Shown here piece by piece: positions 25,135 to 39,217 of a stretch of DNA of 64,000 bases. The stretch comes from Malacoraja senta. Lineage: Eukaryota. The DNA lies in the NCBI GenBank assembly GCA_038087875.1, contig CM075995.1, forward strand, positions 62,001 to 126,000, read 5' to 3'. Each line of letters opens with the position of its first letter. The stretch's first letter is position 1. Under the pieces are notes generated by a model that did no database searches, was not told where the DNA came from, and worked only from the letters and a program-made list of their open reading frames with translations. A program made the position numbers and the translations under genes.

Positions 25135-27278
25135 CTGAAGTGAAAAGAGGAAAGGAAACACAAAGAAACTAAGGATCGCCCATCACTTAATATTTTGACT
25201 TTTCAAATACTGGTGGTCATTAGTTATAAGTCTCAAACTACACTCAAGACCTCTTAGCTCTAGTTTAGTTTACTGAGGAACAGTAAAAAGCTTTGTGTTG
25301 TATGCTATCCAGTCAAGCCGTCCACAGTGTTAATCATTAGTTGGCTACCGACTCAACTGAGCAACAAGAAAGGGACTTTGGAAAAATTGGTCAAAATTAA
25401 TTATTAAAATATATCATGAATCATAAGCTGTCTGATTCAGATTTTAATACCTAATCACCAAGCAATATTTCAGGAAAGAGAAAAGTACCTTTACTAAATC
25501 AATTATTAAAAGGGATAACTCGTAAAAATATTCTCTCCCAAATATTTATTAAAATTGACAATGAGATTTCTTTTAACAACTCACCACATGACTGGCTTCC
25601 TAATCAAGGCTGACATCTTTGCAACATTTCAAAGGCTATGTGTTAAAAAAGAAAGTTAAAAACCATGATTAAAGAGATTTTAGATTCAATGTCCAGCCTC
25701 AGAAACACAGCAAAGATAGCAGCCTAACCACCACATGTTCTTTAATACAAGACACATATTTTGATAAGGTGGTGCAAAGTATACATTTTCACCAAGAGAA
25801 TAGTTCCCGATACTTCAGATGAATGAAGCGATGTGTCACAAAGCCACAAAAAACAACAAAGTTTCGGTGTTTGAACCCTCAAAGTTCTGGGTTTGAACCC
25901 ACCACTAGCAGCTGTCCCTCACTAGTCTCAGCAAGATATGAACAAAGATATTCCTAGGTTGCAGAAGAAAGTTAAGTTTAGGTTCATATTGATTGTTTCA
26001 ATCAGAAACTCTTGACATGCTTAAAAAATAAGCATGCTTATTTAACATGCTTAAAAAAAAATAAGATTCCAACCTGATGAAGCTGCAATCTTTGACAAGG
26101 TGTGTTAAATACCAAAAGGACACGCAAAAGATACAACTGAATGAACGCAAACAATTATATCAAAGCTTTACATCAGGCTGTAGCAGGCATAAATAGCGAT
26201 GGACAATTAAGCTGTAACACAAGGAAGATCCAAGAATATTCTTAACATCAATAATGTCAGAGACCATCATGCTTGCCTTGAAGCATCTGTTCACAACACT
26301 ATAGCCAAGTTTTAATTGTGTGGTCCCTTGGCTTTTACTGGATCCAATGCTCTCAGGCATTTCATGTGTGAATTAAACTGGCTGAGAGGACAGGCTTCTG
26401 CAATTATGCGTCTTCACAAAGTGCCTACATTTGGTTCTTACTGCAACAAATCTAGATGAAGATGGGACCAAACATTTGAGCCTGGTCTTTGAAACAGTGA
26501 AAGAGTTTCCAATTTTTCATGTGAGGGCAGTGTCCAAAACCATGCATGACTGAGTGTGCCCGTGGAACTTTAATTATTGATTATATTTTCATTATTTATC
26601 AGTCTTTACTGGACTTTATCTTGCATTAAACATTATTCCGTTTATCCTGTATCTGTACATAGTGGACAGCTTGATTGTAATATTTTCACTGACTGCATAG
26701 CAAGCAACAAAAAAGCTTTTCATTGTAACTCAGTATACATGACAATAAACTAAACTAATAAAAAAACTAAATGTAATGATAGTGAGACTACTTAATTATG
26801 TTTGCTATATGCTGCTTACGTTCTCGAAGAGGTATATGTTGTCACTTCATGCGTATGATTGGCGTTGCTCCCAGCATGTTCATCCACACTCAAAATTAAA
26901 CCAGCTGCATTTCAGCTAGAATCAATAGTTTCAAGGGGCCACACTAGAAGGTGCAAATGCAAGACTTGATGCTTTGAAAGTAGTTGAAAGAAGAAATAAA
27001 ATAGAGATGGATAGTTTAAAGGATGCAATTCTGAAGCTTGAGACCTTAAAAGGTGAATGCGGCCCTAAAGGTGCAACAATTGAATTTGGGAATAGTCAAC
27101 ATGCAAGAACTGAAGACATGCAAATGGCAGAGTGGTACATAGCTAGTGAAGGTTTCCGAGATAAATGATTTCAGTCATTGTATAAAATTATACTGGACCA
27201 CCGAAGCAGGCAACTGCAAGATTTCTTTTTATTTCCTGGTTTAATTAATACCAGCACAACCTGGTTGAATTAATATGA

Positions 27279-27547
27279 TGCAGCGGTAGAGTTGCTGCCT
27301 TACTTCGCCAGAGACCTGGGTTCGATCCTGACTATGGGTGCTGTCTGTACGGAGTTTGTACGTTGACCCCGTGAGATCCTCCCTGAGGATATCCTCCCAC
27401 ACTCCAAAGACGTCCAGGTATGCAGGTTAATTGGCTTGGTATAACTGTAAATTATCCATTGTGTGTGTCGGATAGTGTTCATATGTGGGGATCGGTGGTC
27501 GGCGCAGACAAGGGCCTGTTTCCGCGCTGTATCTCTACACTAAACTA
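27279..27547 (+). mobile_element. V-SINE (HE1-like)
   Basis: A/B boxes (gcagcggtag; ggttcgatcc), partial V-domain, (taaac) tail. Confidence 0.8.
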
Positions 27548-27632
27548 ATTTTGTAAATATGATCATGCCGGCTCGTGAAACAAAATACGTTTATGATCAT
27601 CATTAAATTGAAACCTTAAAAAGCTGCCTTAC

Positions 27633-27707
27633 TTTAATTCCAAAATTCCGCAGTTGTCGAGCAGCTGCTAAGCCTGCGGCACCAGCACCAATAACAATGA
27701 CATTTTT
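27633..27707 (-). CDS. KDM1B: KDM1B exon, FAD-binding KNVIVIGAGAAGLAAARQLRNFGIK
   Basis: GxGxxG Rossmann motif; ctccag acceptor, GTAAGG donor; 75 nt. Confidence 0.97.
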
Positions 27708-27985
27708 CTGGAGAAAAGAAGATATAATATATCTTAATTAATAAATCGCTGCCAATTATTTTTAATTTTGAATATCCAAACAATCAACTTGAATTACATA
27801 TTCTCAGCGCAATAGCAGCATATCAGCCAGAAATGAACACGTAATTTTTTTTAAGGATATTTGAAGCCTCAGGATTATTCAGTTAGAAATTCTGCACCAA
27901 CTCAGAATTTAACATCTATGTATAATCCCTAATGTTATGTTTAAAAACTATATGAAGTACAAGCAAAATACATGAACAGTCTAAC

Positions 27986-28162
27986 CTTATGGTAGCAGCT
28001 GGGCAGAAGAGGGCGATCAGGATTGACCGTCAACACTCCAGTGTTAACTAAGCCCTTTCTTGTAACAAAATACAAGATCTTCTCCACTTCTATCACACAG
28101 CGAATACGAACAAGTCCTCGGACTACTATGTGGTTTGCACATTTTTGAGGAGTGAGAACATC
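27986..28162 (-). CDS. KDM1B: KDM1B exon, SWIRM DVLTPQKCANHIVVRGLVRIRC...TRKGLVNTGVL...YHK
   Basis: SWIRM motif; AG/GT boundaries; 177 nt. Confidence 0.97.
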
Positions 28163-28267
28163 CTGCAAATGAAATATAAAGGATAGGAAATACATTGCAG
28201 CAAGATTAAGTAGTAAATAAGAATAAATTATTTAATCCATTGATGACATTATTTCATAACAGCTCTC

Positions 28268-29430
28268 TCAGTGGTGTGCCTCAGGGTTCGATGCTGGGCC
28301 CATTGCTGGTTGTCATCAATATCAATGATTTGGATGAGAACGTACAAGGCATGATAAGTAAGTTTGCAGATGAAAGTGAAGTGGGTGGTATTGTAGATAG
28401 TGTAGATGGGTTGTCAAACATTGCAGCACGATCTTAAATGGTTAATACAGAAAAGTGCGAGGTGTTACATTTTGGGAGATCCAACCAGGGCAGGACTTGC
28501 ACAGTGAATGGCAGGGCTCTGGGGAGAGTTGTGGAGCAGAGGGATCTAGAAGCGCAGGTATATGGTTCCTTGAAAGTGGCATCACACGGAGACAGGGTGA
28601 TCAAGAAGGCTTTCAGCACATTGGCCTTCATCAGGCTTTTTAAGCTAGAGCAGGGGAATTAAGAACCAGAGGACATAGATTTAAGGTGAGGGGAGAAAGA
28701 TTTAATAGGAACCTGAGGGGCAACTTTTGTTTTTTTACACAGAGGTGGTAGGTATATAATAATAATAATAATGGATTTTATTTACGGGCGCCTTATACCG
28801 AGGTCTCAAGGACACCATACAGAGATTTATAGAAAACATATAATCAGAATTTTAAAAAAAAGGTTATAAAGACCAATACATAAATCAGGGACAGAATTCC
28901 TTCCAAATATGGAACAAGCTGCCAGAAAAGGGAGGTGAGGCAGGTAATATCACAATGTTTAAAAAACATTTGAACAAAGGAGGAAGGTGACTGAACTTTA
29001 TTGCCTTCCATGACAGTGGGGAATGTTGATTCCACTGTGGTGGATGTTTATGTTAAATTTCATGTGTGTATTAAGACAGCGGAGTCAGAGGATATGGGGA
29101 GAAGGCAGGAACGGGGTACTGATTGGGGATGATCAGCCATGATCACATTGAATGGCGGTGCTGGCTCGAAGGGCCGAATGGCCTACTCCTGCACCTATTG
29201 TCTATTGTGTTCTTTTCACTTAGTATGGCGGTATGGTTACCCAAATTTCACTGTACCTTAATTGGTTAAGTGACAATAAATTTGAACTTGAACAAGTGCA
29301 TGGATAGGATTGGTTTAGAGGATGAAGGGCAAAACACAGGCAGGTGGTACAAGTATAGATGGGGCATGTTGGGCAGCATGGGCAAATTGGGCCGAGCAGC
29401 CTGTTTGCACACTGTATGACTCTCTGACTA
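28268..29430 (+). mobile_element. CR1 fragments with nested small insertions
   Basis: SGVPQGSMLGPLL..ININDLD....ISKFAD RT motif. Confidence 0.8.
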
Positions 29431-29816
29431 TAATTCTGATGGACTTGATGGTGGTGTAGCAGTGGTCTAGAATGTTAACATCCCACATGGGGCAGGAGAC
29501 ATGCTGTTGTTATTTGGGGAGTATATTCCTGAGGTCTGCCTGATTGAAATCACTGACAATGATAAATAGTGCATCAGGGCATGTTGTCTCAAGAGGATTA
29601 ACGATCGAGTAGACAGTCCAGTGCCACCTTCTCATTGGCTTGGGGTAATATGTGGAAAGCCAACAAGAGGAGAGCTGTGAAGTCACTCAGTAGATACAAT
29701 TGATAGAATTTTGAGGGAAATGTGGAACTAAGTGAGAAAAGCACCAATGGAAAATAAAAGGAAGGGTGGAATGGGTGCCAAGAGAAATCTAACAACGTTA
29801 TCAACACAAGGCTTAC

Positions 29817-29995
29817 TGTGCAATTAATGTTCCAAAGAGCCAGAATTAGATTCCGTAATGCCAAGTACATTGTGGGATCCCGGGAATATTCAGGGAACTC
29901 GTACAACTCATCCAGTTCCATCACATCTGGTCTGACACAAAGGGCCTTTCCACACTCATTGGGTTGATAGAAAGGTTGAAAATAAGGACTCATTC
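29817..29995 (-). CDS. KDM1B: KDM1B exon, linker/SWIRM start (G)MSPYFQPFYQPNECGKALCVRPDVMELDELYEFPEYSRDPTMYLALRNLILALWNINCT
   Basis: Near-identical to LSD2; ttgcag acceptor, GTAAGC donor; 179 nt. Confidence 0.97.
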
Positions 29996-30366
29996 CTGCA
30001 ACCAAACACAGAAAATTCAAAGTTATTGATCAGGTATACGTTTTCTCTACACTGCTCATGAATCGGGCAACAAGCACTTCAAAATGGTGCTAAAACTTTG
30101 AATAGGATTCAAAATTACCAAAAGCTGCATAATTAAATTCAGATTTACTATATCCACCTCAGCATTGTGTATCATTATTCAATGGTTGCAATGCATCCTA
30201 ATAAGAACATTAGATTAAAACAAAACAAACATACATCAGTATATATATATGAAATCTGTTGGTTTTCAATGGGATCACACATACGCAAAGTTTTATATGC
30301 GTTAACTGTCCCAGGTAACTCTCTTTCTTGATTAATCAATCTCTTATCTATTTAGTCTCTTAACTA

Positions 30367-30848
30367 AGGGGCGGTACGGTGGCATAGCAGTAAAGCTAAT
30401 GCCTTACAGCGCCAGAGACCTGGGTTCGATCCTCGCTACAGGTGCTTGTCTGTACGGAGTTTGTACGTTCACCCCATGACCTGCGTGAGTTTTCTCCTAA
30501 GACGTATTGGTTTGTAGGTTCATTGGCTTGGTGTAAATGTAAAATTGTCCCTAGTGTGTCGTGTTAATCTGTGAGGATCGCTGGTTGGCGCGGACTCGGT
30601 GGGCCGAAGGGCCTGTTTCCGCGCTGTACAGCTGCTCCTCGACCTACGATGGGGTTACGTTCCGATAAACCCATGGCAAATCGAAAATATCGTAAGTCGA
30701 AAAAGCATTTAATACAATTTGATCACGTGACCGGACGTGAGCGGCGGCTCGCTGTTGTTGCCCAGCATTTTCACCATCGTAAAGTCGAAATATCGTAAGT
30801 CGAAGCATCGTAAATAGGGGAGCATCTGTATCTCTAAACTAAACTAAA
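30367..30848 (+). mobile_element. V-SINE interrupted by a Tigger-like MITE
   Basis: SINE tail gcgctgta|tctctaaactaaac is split by the MITE. Confidence 0.8.
30629..30828. mobile_element. TcMar-Tigger-like MITE (200 bp)
   Basis: Imperfect TIR CAG[C/A]TGCTCC...TACGATG; TA TSD at 30627-30628 and 30829-30830. Confidence 0.85.
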
Positions 30849-31631
30849 CATTTTCAAAAATGTCAATGCTACAAAATACTCTCATGCTCTGTCTTTATTT
30901 ACAATTTATTGCTGGGTTGCAATTTACATCTCCAAACCATTCTCTCTGTCTCTCACATTCTTCTTTATCTTTGTGCTTTCAGTTATCATGGAATCAAAAA
31001 CCCAGCATGAAGAAGTACTAGCCTTCTTAAAACCTGGAACAAAATTCAATCCCCTTCCACCTCCCCAAGAGAAAATACAGCACAATAGTTTGAATGACAT
31101 CAGCTGTTCAAAACGGAAAACATTTAGAACACTCAGTTAGTTGAATCTACTTGTGAAAGATCTGGATTTAAAATATTTGGTCCACAAATTTGCTTCACTT
31201 CCATACTGATGGCTGTGTAATGAGGTCATCAAGACATCTCGGACCATGGTGGACTGGGAGAAACAAACCACGGAGCTCATCAACATAATTTAAAGATTTA
31301 TACTGAAGGAGAGGAACAACTCAAAAGGCAAACAATTTTGGACAGAGGGCGAATCAGATGTGGAAGGAATAAAATTCCAAAAAGATAAATCAATTATAAG
31401 AGGTGAAAATTAAAATTTGACCGTTTGAAACACTCCAACATGATTCACAAGGAAGAGGACTCCACCTTTGGGTTATGGCGTGAGGAGTAAATTGGCAATT
31501 GTATTGAACGGGCTATAATTACAAGACAATTTATTTGTAGAAGGTTTAATGCAAATTACCTGTGCATTTGGGGTGAGGAATATTCATAGAATAATTACAC
31601 ACAGTATCTGTGGATATCTGAAATAGATCAT

Positions 31632-32288
31632 CCAATCTCAAAAAGATCATCCACACATTCATTTCCTCCCACCTCGATTACTGCAACACCCTTTACACTG
31701 GCATCAGCCAATCTTCCCTGTCCCGCCTGCAACTGGTCCAAAACGCCGCAGCGAGACTCCTGACGGGCACCCGAAAATGGGACCACATCACCCCGATTCT
31801 GGCCTCTCTCCACTGGCTCCCTGTGCGGTTCCAAATAAATTTCAAGCTCCTTCTTTATGTTTACAAAGCCCTTAACGGGCTTGCCCCCACCTACATCAAA
31901 AGTCTGCTTATCCACCACACCAACTCCAGGTTTCTCAGATCGGCCGACTTGGGGTTACTGACCATCCCGCGGTCTAGGCATAAGTTCAGGGGCGACTGCG
32001 CTTTTGCGGTTGCAGCTCCTAGACTATGGAACAGCATCCCTCTTCCCATCAGAACTGCCACCTCCATCGACTCTTTGAAGTCGAGACTTAAAACTTAGTT
32101 TTACTCTCAAGCCTTTCTTGACGTCCTCTGAAGGAGGGCTGTATGTATGTATTTATGTATGTATTGTTAATCTATGAACCACTGTTTGTATAACGTTAGT
32201 ACCTGCACCAATGTAAAGCACTTTGGTCAACGAGAGTTGTTTTTTAAATGTGCTTTAGAAATAAAAGTGACTTGACTTGACTTGACTT
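31632..32288 (+). mobile_element. L2 LINE 3' fragment
   Basis: LDYCN...LQLVQNAAARLLTG....HITPILASLHWLPVRF.I.FKLLL.VYKALNGLAP.Y; (gactt)n tail. Confidence 0.9.
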
Positions 32289-32528
32289 TGATGAAGGAAA
32301 AATTTACAAAAAGTGATGGTTCATTTTGGGCAAGTTGTGGAGTTAAGATACAACCAGCGTAATTTTTTTTTGCCAGGTTTTACAATAAAATTCTATTTAT
32401 CTTAAATATCCCCATTTTCAAATACTGCTTCAGAATCTAATCTGATATGATTGACACAAAGCCAACATCAAAGGAGAATTGTTGGGTTGACATGTTAATT
32501 TCAGTAGCTAGTTTAATTAACATCTCAC

Positions 32529-32739
32529 CTGATGACTGAATGGTTTTGCTCTGCTCTGATGAATTCATCTTCATACTGGAGTACTCATTGTGGAAACGGT
32601 TAGTGTTGACACAGGAGGGACTCATGCCCACACAGTCTGGATAGTAGGCACCAAGAAATGGGGCAGCTGGACTGTCCTTCAGTAGTGGAGGCACAATTAG
32701 CATCGAGTACCACTTGTTATCTTCAACTTCACCCACTCG
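32529..32739 (-). CDS. KDM1B: KDM1B exon, RVGEVEDNKWYSMLIVPPLLKDSPAAPFLGAYYPDCVGMSPSC...SS(G)
   Basis: WYSMLI.PPLLKDS.AAP...YYPDCVGMSPSC; tttcag acceptor, GTGAGA donor; 211 nt, phase 1. Confidence 0.96.
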
Positions 32740-33339
32740 CTGAAAAATTATAAGATAGAAAAAAAATCTGAAAGTTCATTTGTCTATAATACAGATCAGC
32801 TTTCATGAAACACACAATGGGGCAACAAACATCCATTATTTGAAGTTCAAAAGATAATAACCATCATTTCATTTTATGATATTCATTATACATATTTTCC
32901 AATATTCAAATGTAGAACTTGCATTATTAAGCAATTGAGCACAAAAAGGTATTGGACCATCAAAACAACGTTATTGGTATTGGTTTATTATTGTCTTGTG
33001 TACCGAGTGAAAAACATTATTTTGGATGCTATCCAGTCAAATTATACCATTAAAAAATACACAAAGTGCTGGAGTAACTCAGCGGGTCAGGCAGCATCTC
33101 TGGAGAACATGGATTGGTGACATTTCAGGTCAGCTCCTGACCGGGTCAACATCAGATGCTGCCAGATGGTATGTCTACAAATCGTACCATACACAAATAC
33201 TAACCAAGCCACACACAACTAAAACAGGTAGTGCAAAGAGAAAAATGAACAGAGTGCAAAATGTAGTGTTATAGCCGCAGAGAAAGTGCAGAGAGAAGAA
33301 TGCAAGGGATGCAACAAGGTAGGTTGGAAGATCAGTCTA

Positions 33340-34420
33340 CACCCGTAGGTTATGAGATGTCCATTCAGTAATAACAGCTGGGGAAAAAGTTGTTCCTGAA
33401 TCCGGTGTACATGCTTTCACGCTTTTATTTCTGCTGCCCAACGGCAGATGGGAGAAGAGGGAATGACCAGGGTGTGAGTGGTCCTTGACTGTGTTAGCTG
33501 CTTTCCACAAGTGAGCATAGTGAGTCAATAACAAGAAGGGGGGTGGCTGGTTTGCATGATGGGACTGGGCTGCATCCTGTATCCACAACTCTGCAATTTC
33601 TTGAGGTCTAGGGCGAAGCAGTTGTTAAACCAAGTTGATGCAACCCGATGGACTGTTTTCTACAGTGCATCTGTAGAAATTGGTAAATTGGAATTTCCTT
33701 CGTCTTCTGAGGAAGTAGAGGTGGTCGTGTGCTTTCCTAGTCGTGGCATCAATGTGGTTGGACCAGAACAAATTGTTGCTGATTTTTATGTCCAGGAACC
33801 TGGAGTTTAACACCACTGATTGGGGGAGAGTTTCATCTCTTGACCCCTAATCTAGTTCTCGGTCTAGCCATTGTTTGAAACATTGGCTGCAGTCATCAGT
33901 GCACAGAGAGTATTGTAAGAGACTGGAAACACATACTTGCAGCCTACTGGTGTTCAGAGTTATCGCGGAGGATGTGGTCTATAGGTCAGGAATTCGAGGA
34001 TCCAGTTGGAGAAGAGATTTGGAGATGAGCTAGGTTGGAATTATGGTGTTGAAGGCAGAGTTGTAGTCAATAAATAGGAGTCTGACATAGATGTCCTTGT
34101 TATCGAGATCTCCCAGCAATGAGTGCAAGGCCAGGGAGACAGCATTTGCCATGGACCTGTTACAATGGTAAGCGAATTACAGTGGATAAAGGGTGCCTGG
34201 GAGGCTGGAGTTGGGGTTCATTAGGAGCTGCCTCTCGAAGCACTTCATGATGGTGGATGTCAGGACCATTATGATAGTAGTTATTAATGTCACATGCACT
34301 TGCTCTTCTTTAGCACTGGGATGGCAGTGGTCTTCTTGAGGCAGGTGGAAACATCAGAATGGAGTAGGACGAGGTTAAAGATGTCAGCAAATACTCCTGC
34401 CAGCCAGTCTAAGGGCACGG
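33340..34420 (-). mobile_element. Decayed Rex1/Babar-like LINE
   Basis: Remnants of the PLQFAY..NRS, LYFLRR and DHSHPGHSLF..LP.G motifs. Confidence 0.75.
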
Positions 34421-35861
34421 CTGGGAACTCCGACCAGCAGATTTATTATCTTCCAGAAATTACAGCCATGGTAGGACATGTGATCACCCATAATAAGGTG
34501 TTAGTAGGTATCTTCATAACGGAGAATGCTTTTCCCATACATGATTTCAAACTGGTTTCATCAGAGGTGACTCTTTAATGGGCTCAATTTTTAAGATTAG
34601 TAAGATGAAACATTTTGCATTTTCAGACATTATCCATACTAAATGACAAATGTTTTTCATTCTGCAATACACAGAAATGTCTGTAAAATGACATTGAAAT
34701 ACTGTTGATTAGAGCAAGTGAAAGTACAAAGTTGGCAATGTTGCTGATCATACAGTATAAAATGTACACGTAATCAGCATATCCCACTCTTAATGATCAC
34801 TTCTGCTCGACGGTATCAAATCATTCAAATTAATAACTACAAACATTCCTGTGAAAATAAACAAAAATTGAAGATGCTGAAAATCTGAAATAAAAATATC
34901 AGAAAATGCTGGAAAAGCACAGGTCAGGGAGCATCTGTTGAACAAAAAAAGTTAACGTTCCAGGTCGAAGACCTTTACTCACGAGAAAAGGGAGAAAGCA
35001 AATTTGTTTTGTGAGAGAGCAATGGGTAGAACAAAGGAAATGACCACAACGAGGTGAAACCACTGAGGATGAACAAGACACGGTTCACCCTCAGTCGTTT
35101 CACCTTGTTACATACATCCCCCTCCTTCCACCCTTTGCCCTTCCCAACCTTCTCTGCTGCTGTACTAAGACTAACGTGTTTTACTCAACTTCAATTCTGA
35201 AGGGTCTCAGACTTGAAACTTTAACCGTTTCTCTTCCCACAGATGCTGTCTGACCTGCTGAGTCTCACCAGGATGTTCTGTTTTCTATGGAGTATCTCTG
35301 CACTCTGTCGAGGACCTCGCATCTCAGTCCCTATATAAAGTTATTCAACGTTTTGCTGACCATATCCTCCCATTGAATTTCTGTTCACCTAGCACTGCCA
35401 TTATGCTCACTCAACCAAAGAAATACCCAGTCCCACACACAATTTCCAAATTCTCATTGATTTCAAAGCCTCCCACATCCTCATGCTCCATTCCATAGAA
35501 CTTTCTTTCGTTTTACAAACCTTCTCAATCACCACACTTCCCAATTCTGGCCTGGTCCAATTTAAATTTGTATTGGTAAACATACATTCATCCATTTAGA
35601 CACAAAGATTCAACACAAACCTTTCTAAACCACTCTACCATTCTTACTTTCATTCTTACAAAGTTATTACTTTAACAAATGTTTTTGACATGTCTGATGT
35701 CTGTCCCAATATATTTTTGTGGCTCAAAAGCAAATTCTATTTATTAATGCTCTTGCAAAATACCTTGGGTAAATTTCACAATGTTAAGGCCACTATATAA
35801 ATGCATCGTAGGGTTGTTCATTGGAGATACAAAGCTCCTGGCTTATAACCATTACACTTAC

Positions 35862-35900
35862 CAAGTCTTCGGACAAAGAGCAGGGGTCTGTATTTTCACT
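35862..35900 (-). CDS. KDM1B: KDM1B 39-nt exon, SENTDPCSLSEDL
   Basis: Equivalent to human ETSDHCSLPEDL (last zf-CW Cys); attcag acceptor, GTAAGT donor. Confidence 0.9.
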
Positions 35901-37220
35901 CTGAATGGATACAAAAGAGAAGATACATTTTCTCTTTGAGCACAAGGATCCAAAAACATAAAAAGAGAAGTAGCACAAATGACTTCAGAGATCTGCTTGG
36001 ATATTCAGTAAGATCATATTTGACCCTTTTCCTCATGTCCACATGCCCATCAGATCAACATATTCTACAACTTCATTTCCCCAACTTACACTCCATCTTT
36101 AACCTTTTTACTCAATTCCTCAACTTATCCAACCCCTTTTGCAGAGCAAGTCCTCCTCAATTTCCCACTCACCACTGTATGAAGAGCAATCTTGGGGTAA
36201 GTTGCACAAATCCATTCACCCAAAATTCTGAATATCCCAGGGGCCTGTACCAATCTCTGTGGCGACCCACTGAAACCACCCTGCTAACCAAAAAGGAACT
36301 CATTTTAACTATCTGTCCCCTTCATCAAATCCTCTAGACACGCTAAAATGTCATCATGACCTCTATTTTAAGACAGACCCACTTAAATGATGCATTATCA
36401 AAAGCACACTGGATAGCCACCAAGTGGTCACAGGAGTGGAAGGCAACCTCATCTCCATTGCACAGCTACATCTCTTCACCAGATAAAAGCTGTCCAAGGT
36501 CTGACCTCCGCAGAGGAGCATGGGTGAAGCTCTGACTTTGTACTGGAGTTGGGCGATTCAATGCCAGCATGTGGAGATGGGGGCTCCGCCAGAGCCCAGC
36601 CTGTGAATGCGGAGCAGAACAACATACAGCCAACCATGTCATCTCTGGGTGCCCGCTCTACCACCCACCAAATGGAGCTCAGGGCCTGGCAGACATTGAC
36701 GCAGAGACAACAACCTGGCTGCTCAACACCCGGCTTGAGATCTAACTATTCCTTTGGTTTATGTTTCATTCGAATGAAGGATAAGATCACATGCCTTTTA
36801 AAAATGCAGATATTCCACATCCATTGGTATCCTTTCATTAGATTAATTTAAAAAATCTTAGTCAAATAGGATACTCCCTGCAAAACCATGTTAACTAGAA
36901 CCTAATGACACAATTTTCTGTCTGAGTGTAGACAGGTATTTTGGTGTTAACAGACAGCATGTTAATTAGTCTATGGTTCTCCACCTTCTCTGTTCACCAT
37001 TTGTTAAACAGTAACGTTAAATTTAAATTTGTTACCCATACACATCCATCATCTTTTCTTACCACTATTTACCAATCCAAATCAAACATAATGGCAGGCG
37101 GCCCACTCCTGGTACATCTACAGATGCCACAGTACTATATAATGAATGGGTATCCAAGTACAAACTGTGCCTTCTCAATAAGGCTACTTCTAATAAACAA
37201 CAATAGCCAACAACCAGAGC

Positions 37221-37520
37221 TGCACGGTGGCACAGCGGTAGAGTTGCTGCTTTACAGTGCTTACATCGCCAGAGACCGACCGGGGTTCGATCCCAAGTAC
37301 GGGCGCTGTCTGTACGGAGATTATACGTTCTTCTCGTGACCGTGTGGGTTTTCTCCAAGATCTTCGGTTTCCTCCCACATTCCAAAGATGTACAGGTTTG
37401 TAGGCTAATTGGCATGGCTTGGTATAAATGTAAATTGTCCCCAGTGTGATGTGCGAAGATTACTGTGGGGACTCGGTGGGCCAAAGGGCCTGTTTCCGCG
37501 CTATATTTCTAAACTAAGCT
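37221..37520 (+). mobile_element. V-SINE (HE1-like)
   Basis: Same head, V-domain and tail as the other copies. Confidence 0.8.
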
Positions 37521-38066
37521 AATGTACAGTTCCAATTCCCGTTTTTTGATGAACCCACTCAATTGTCAATTTTCAAACAAGAAATGGAATTTATGGAAAG
37601 CATAGAATTCAAGCAAATATAAATTGATTACTGTTTCATACATTCAATCTCACTGCTTAAATATTTAAACCATTTAATTTATTCTAGAGGGCAGTTGTTA
37701 AACTACGGAAGCTAACATTAAACTCAATCTACAAAAGCAATACCCTTCTTTAAGCTGTTCTTGTAGCATTTCACTAAAAATTGGACTAAACGAATGTTGA
37801 TTGACGCTCAACAGAGAACTTAGTTGTAATCTTACAAGATACATGTTGAATTAAAATGGCTACCTGAAAATATACATAAATAACAAGTGCAGAACTAAAC
37901 ATGCAATAGAAGATGACGAATCAACACACTAACATCCTCTCACCACACTAAAACATTATCAATAATCCTCCAGATCTTTATTTTAAGACAGATGTCCCTG
38001 AATAGCAGCAAAGTATCATTTTTAAAACTTCTGAGATATTTCATTGGAAAGATTTGACGGTTAGTT

Positions 38067-38580
38067 CATAAGATCATGGGATAGGAGAAGAATTAGGCCA
38101 TTCGGCCCATCAATTCCACTCCACCATTCAATCATGGCTGATCTATCTCTCCCTCCTAACCCCACTCTCCTGCCTTCTCCCCATAACCCCAGACACCCGT
38201 ACTAATCAATAATCTATCTATCTCTTACAAATATCCATTGACCTGGCCCTCACAGCCCTCCGCGGCAAAGAATTCCACAGATTCACTACCCTCTGACTAA
38301 AGAATTTCCTCCTCATCTCCTTCCTAAAGGAACGTCCTTTAATTCTGAGGCTATGACCTCTAATCCTAGACTCTCCCACGAGGGGAAACATCCTCCCCAC
38401 ATCCACTCTATCCAAGCCTTTCACTATTTGAGACGTTTCAATGAGGTCCCTCTTCATTCTTCTAAACTCCAACGAGTACAGGCCCAGTGCCGTCAAACGC
38501 TCATCATATGTTAACCCACTCATTCCTGGGATCATTCTTATAATCCTCCTCTGGACCCTCTCCAGAGCCAGCACATCCTT
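38067..38580 (-). mobile_element. CR1 3' fragment
   Basis: ORF 38218-38574 LERVQRR..RMIPG...LYSLEFRR...FFSQRVVNLWNSLP. Confidence 0.9.
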
Positions 38581-38731
38581 TACAGCCAGTTCTGATTAGC
38601 TTGGTTAAAACTAACCCATTAATGAATCTCTTCATAAACCCATTTCTCTTACAAAATAGTATCATTTGGCTTCCAAATAGATTTCGAAATACTGTTTATC
38701 AATATATTTGATTATACATGTAATCCTTCAC

Positions 38732-38848
38732 CTTAACTGTAGTATGGGTTTTCATGCCACAGCGGTATGTTTTTGCTGATGATGCTGTCATCTGAATATC
38801 TCTTGTTAATTGGCGCCATTTTGCACAATTGGGCTTTGAACATTGTAC
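38732..38848 (-). CDS. KDM1B: KDM1B exon, CW-type zinc finger VQCSKPNCAKWRQLTRDIQMTASSAKTYRCGMKTHTTVK
   Basis: zf-CW motif WVQC...C.KWR; AG/GT boundaries; 117 nt. Confidence 0.96.
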
Positions 38849-39217
38849 CTGTTACAAACAATCAATCACATGTCATCAATTGGTGCAGAAACACTAATGT
38901 ATAATTTATTCAGAGTATTGATTTGACCAACATCAAGGAAACATTACAAATGTGGGAAAACTGTCATTTCAGGACACGAGAAAAGGCTGTGAAGTGGTCG
39001 CAACTGTTTGAGCAATGATAGATTTCAACCTATTTAAACAACTAAAATTGGCAATAACCAAAAGTGCTAAAGATGTCAAGGAAATCTATGCCCTGAGGTT
39101 TATTCTTCACAGTTGAGGGATAATTGTTTTTGTACCAACTGAACTGAAGTTCTTAATTCCAATGGGAATTTTTGAAGCAGTAAAATATACATATATAAAT
39201 CAGTCTCTATCATACAG

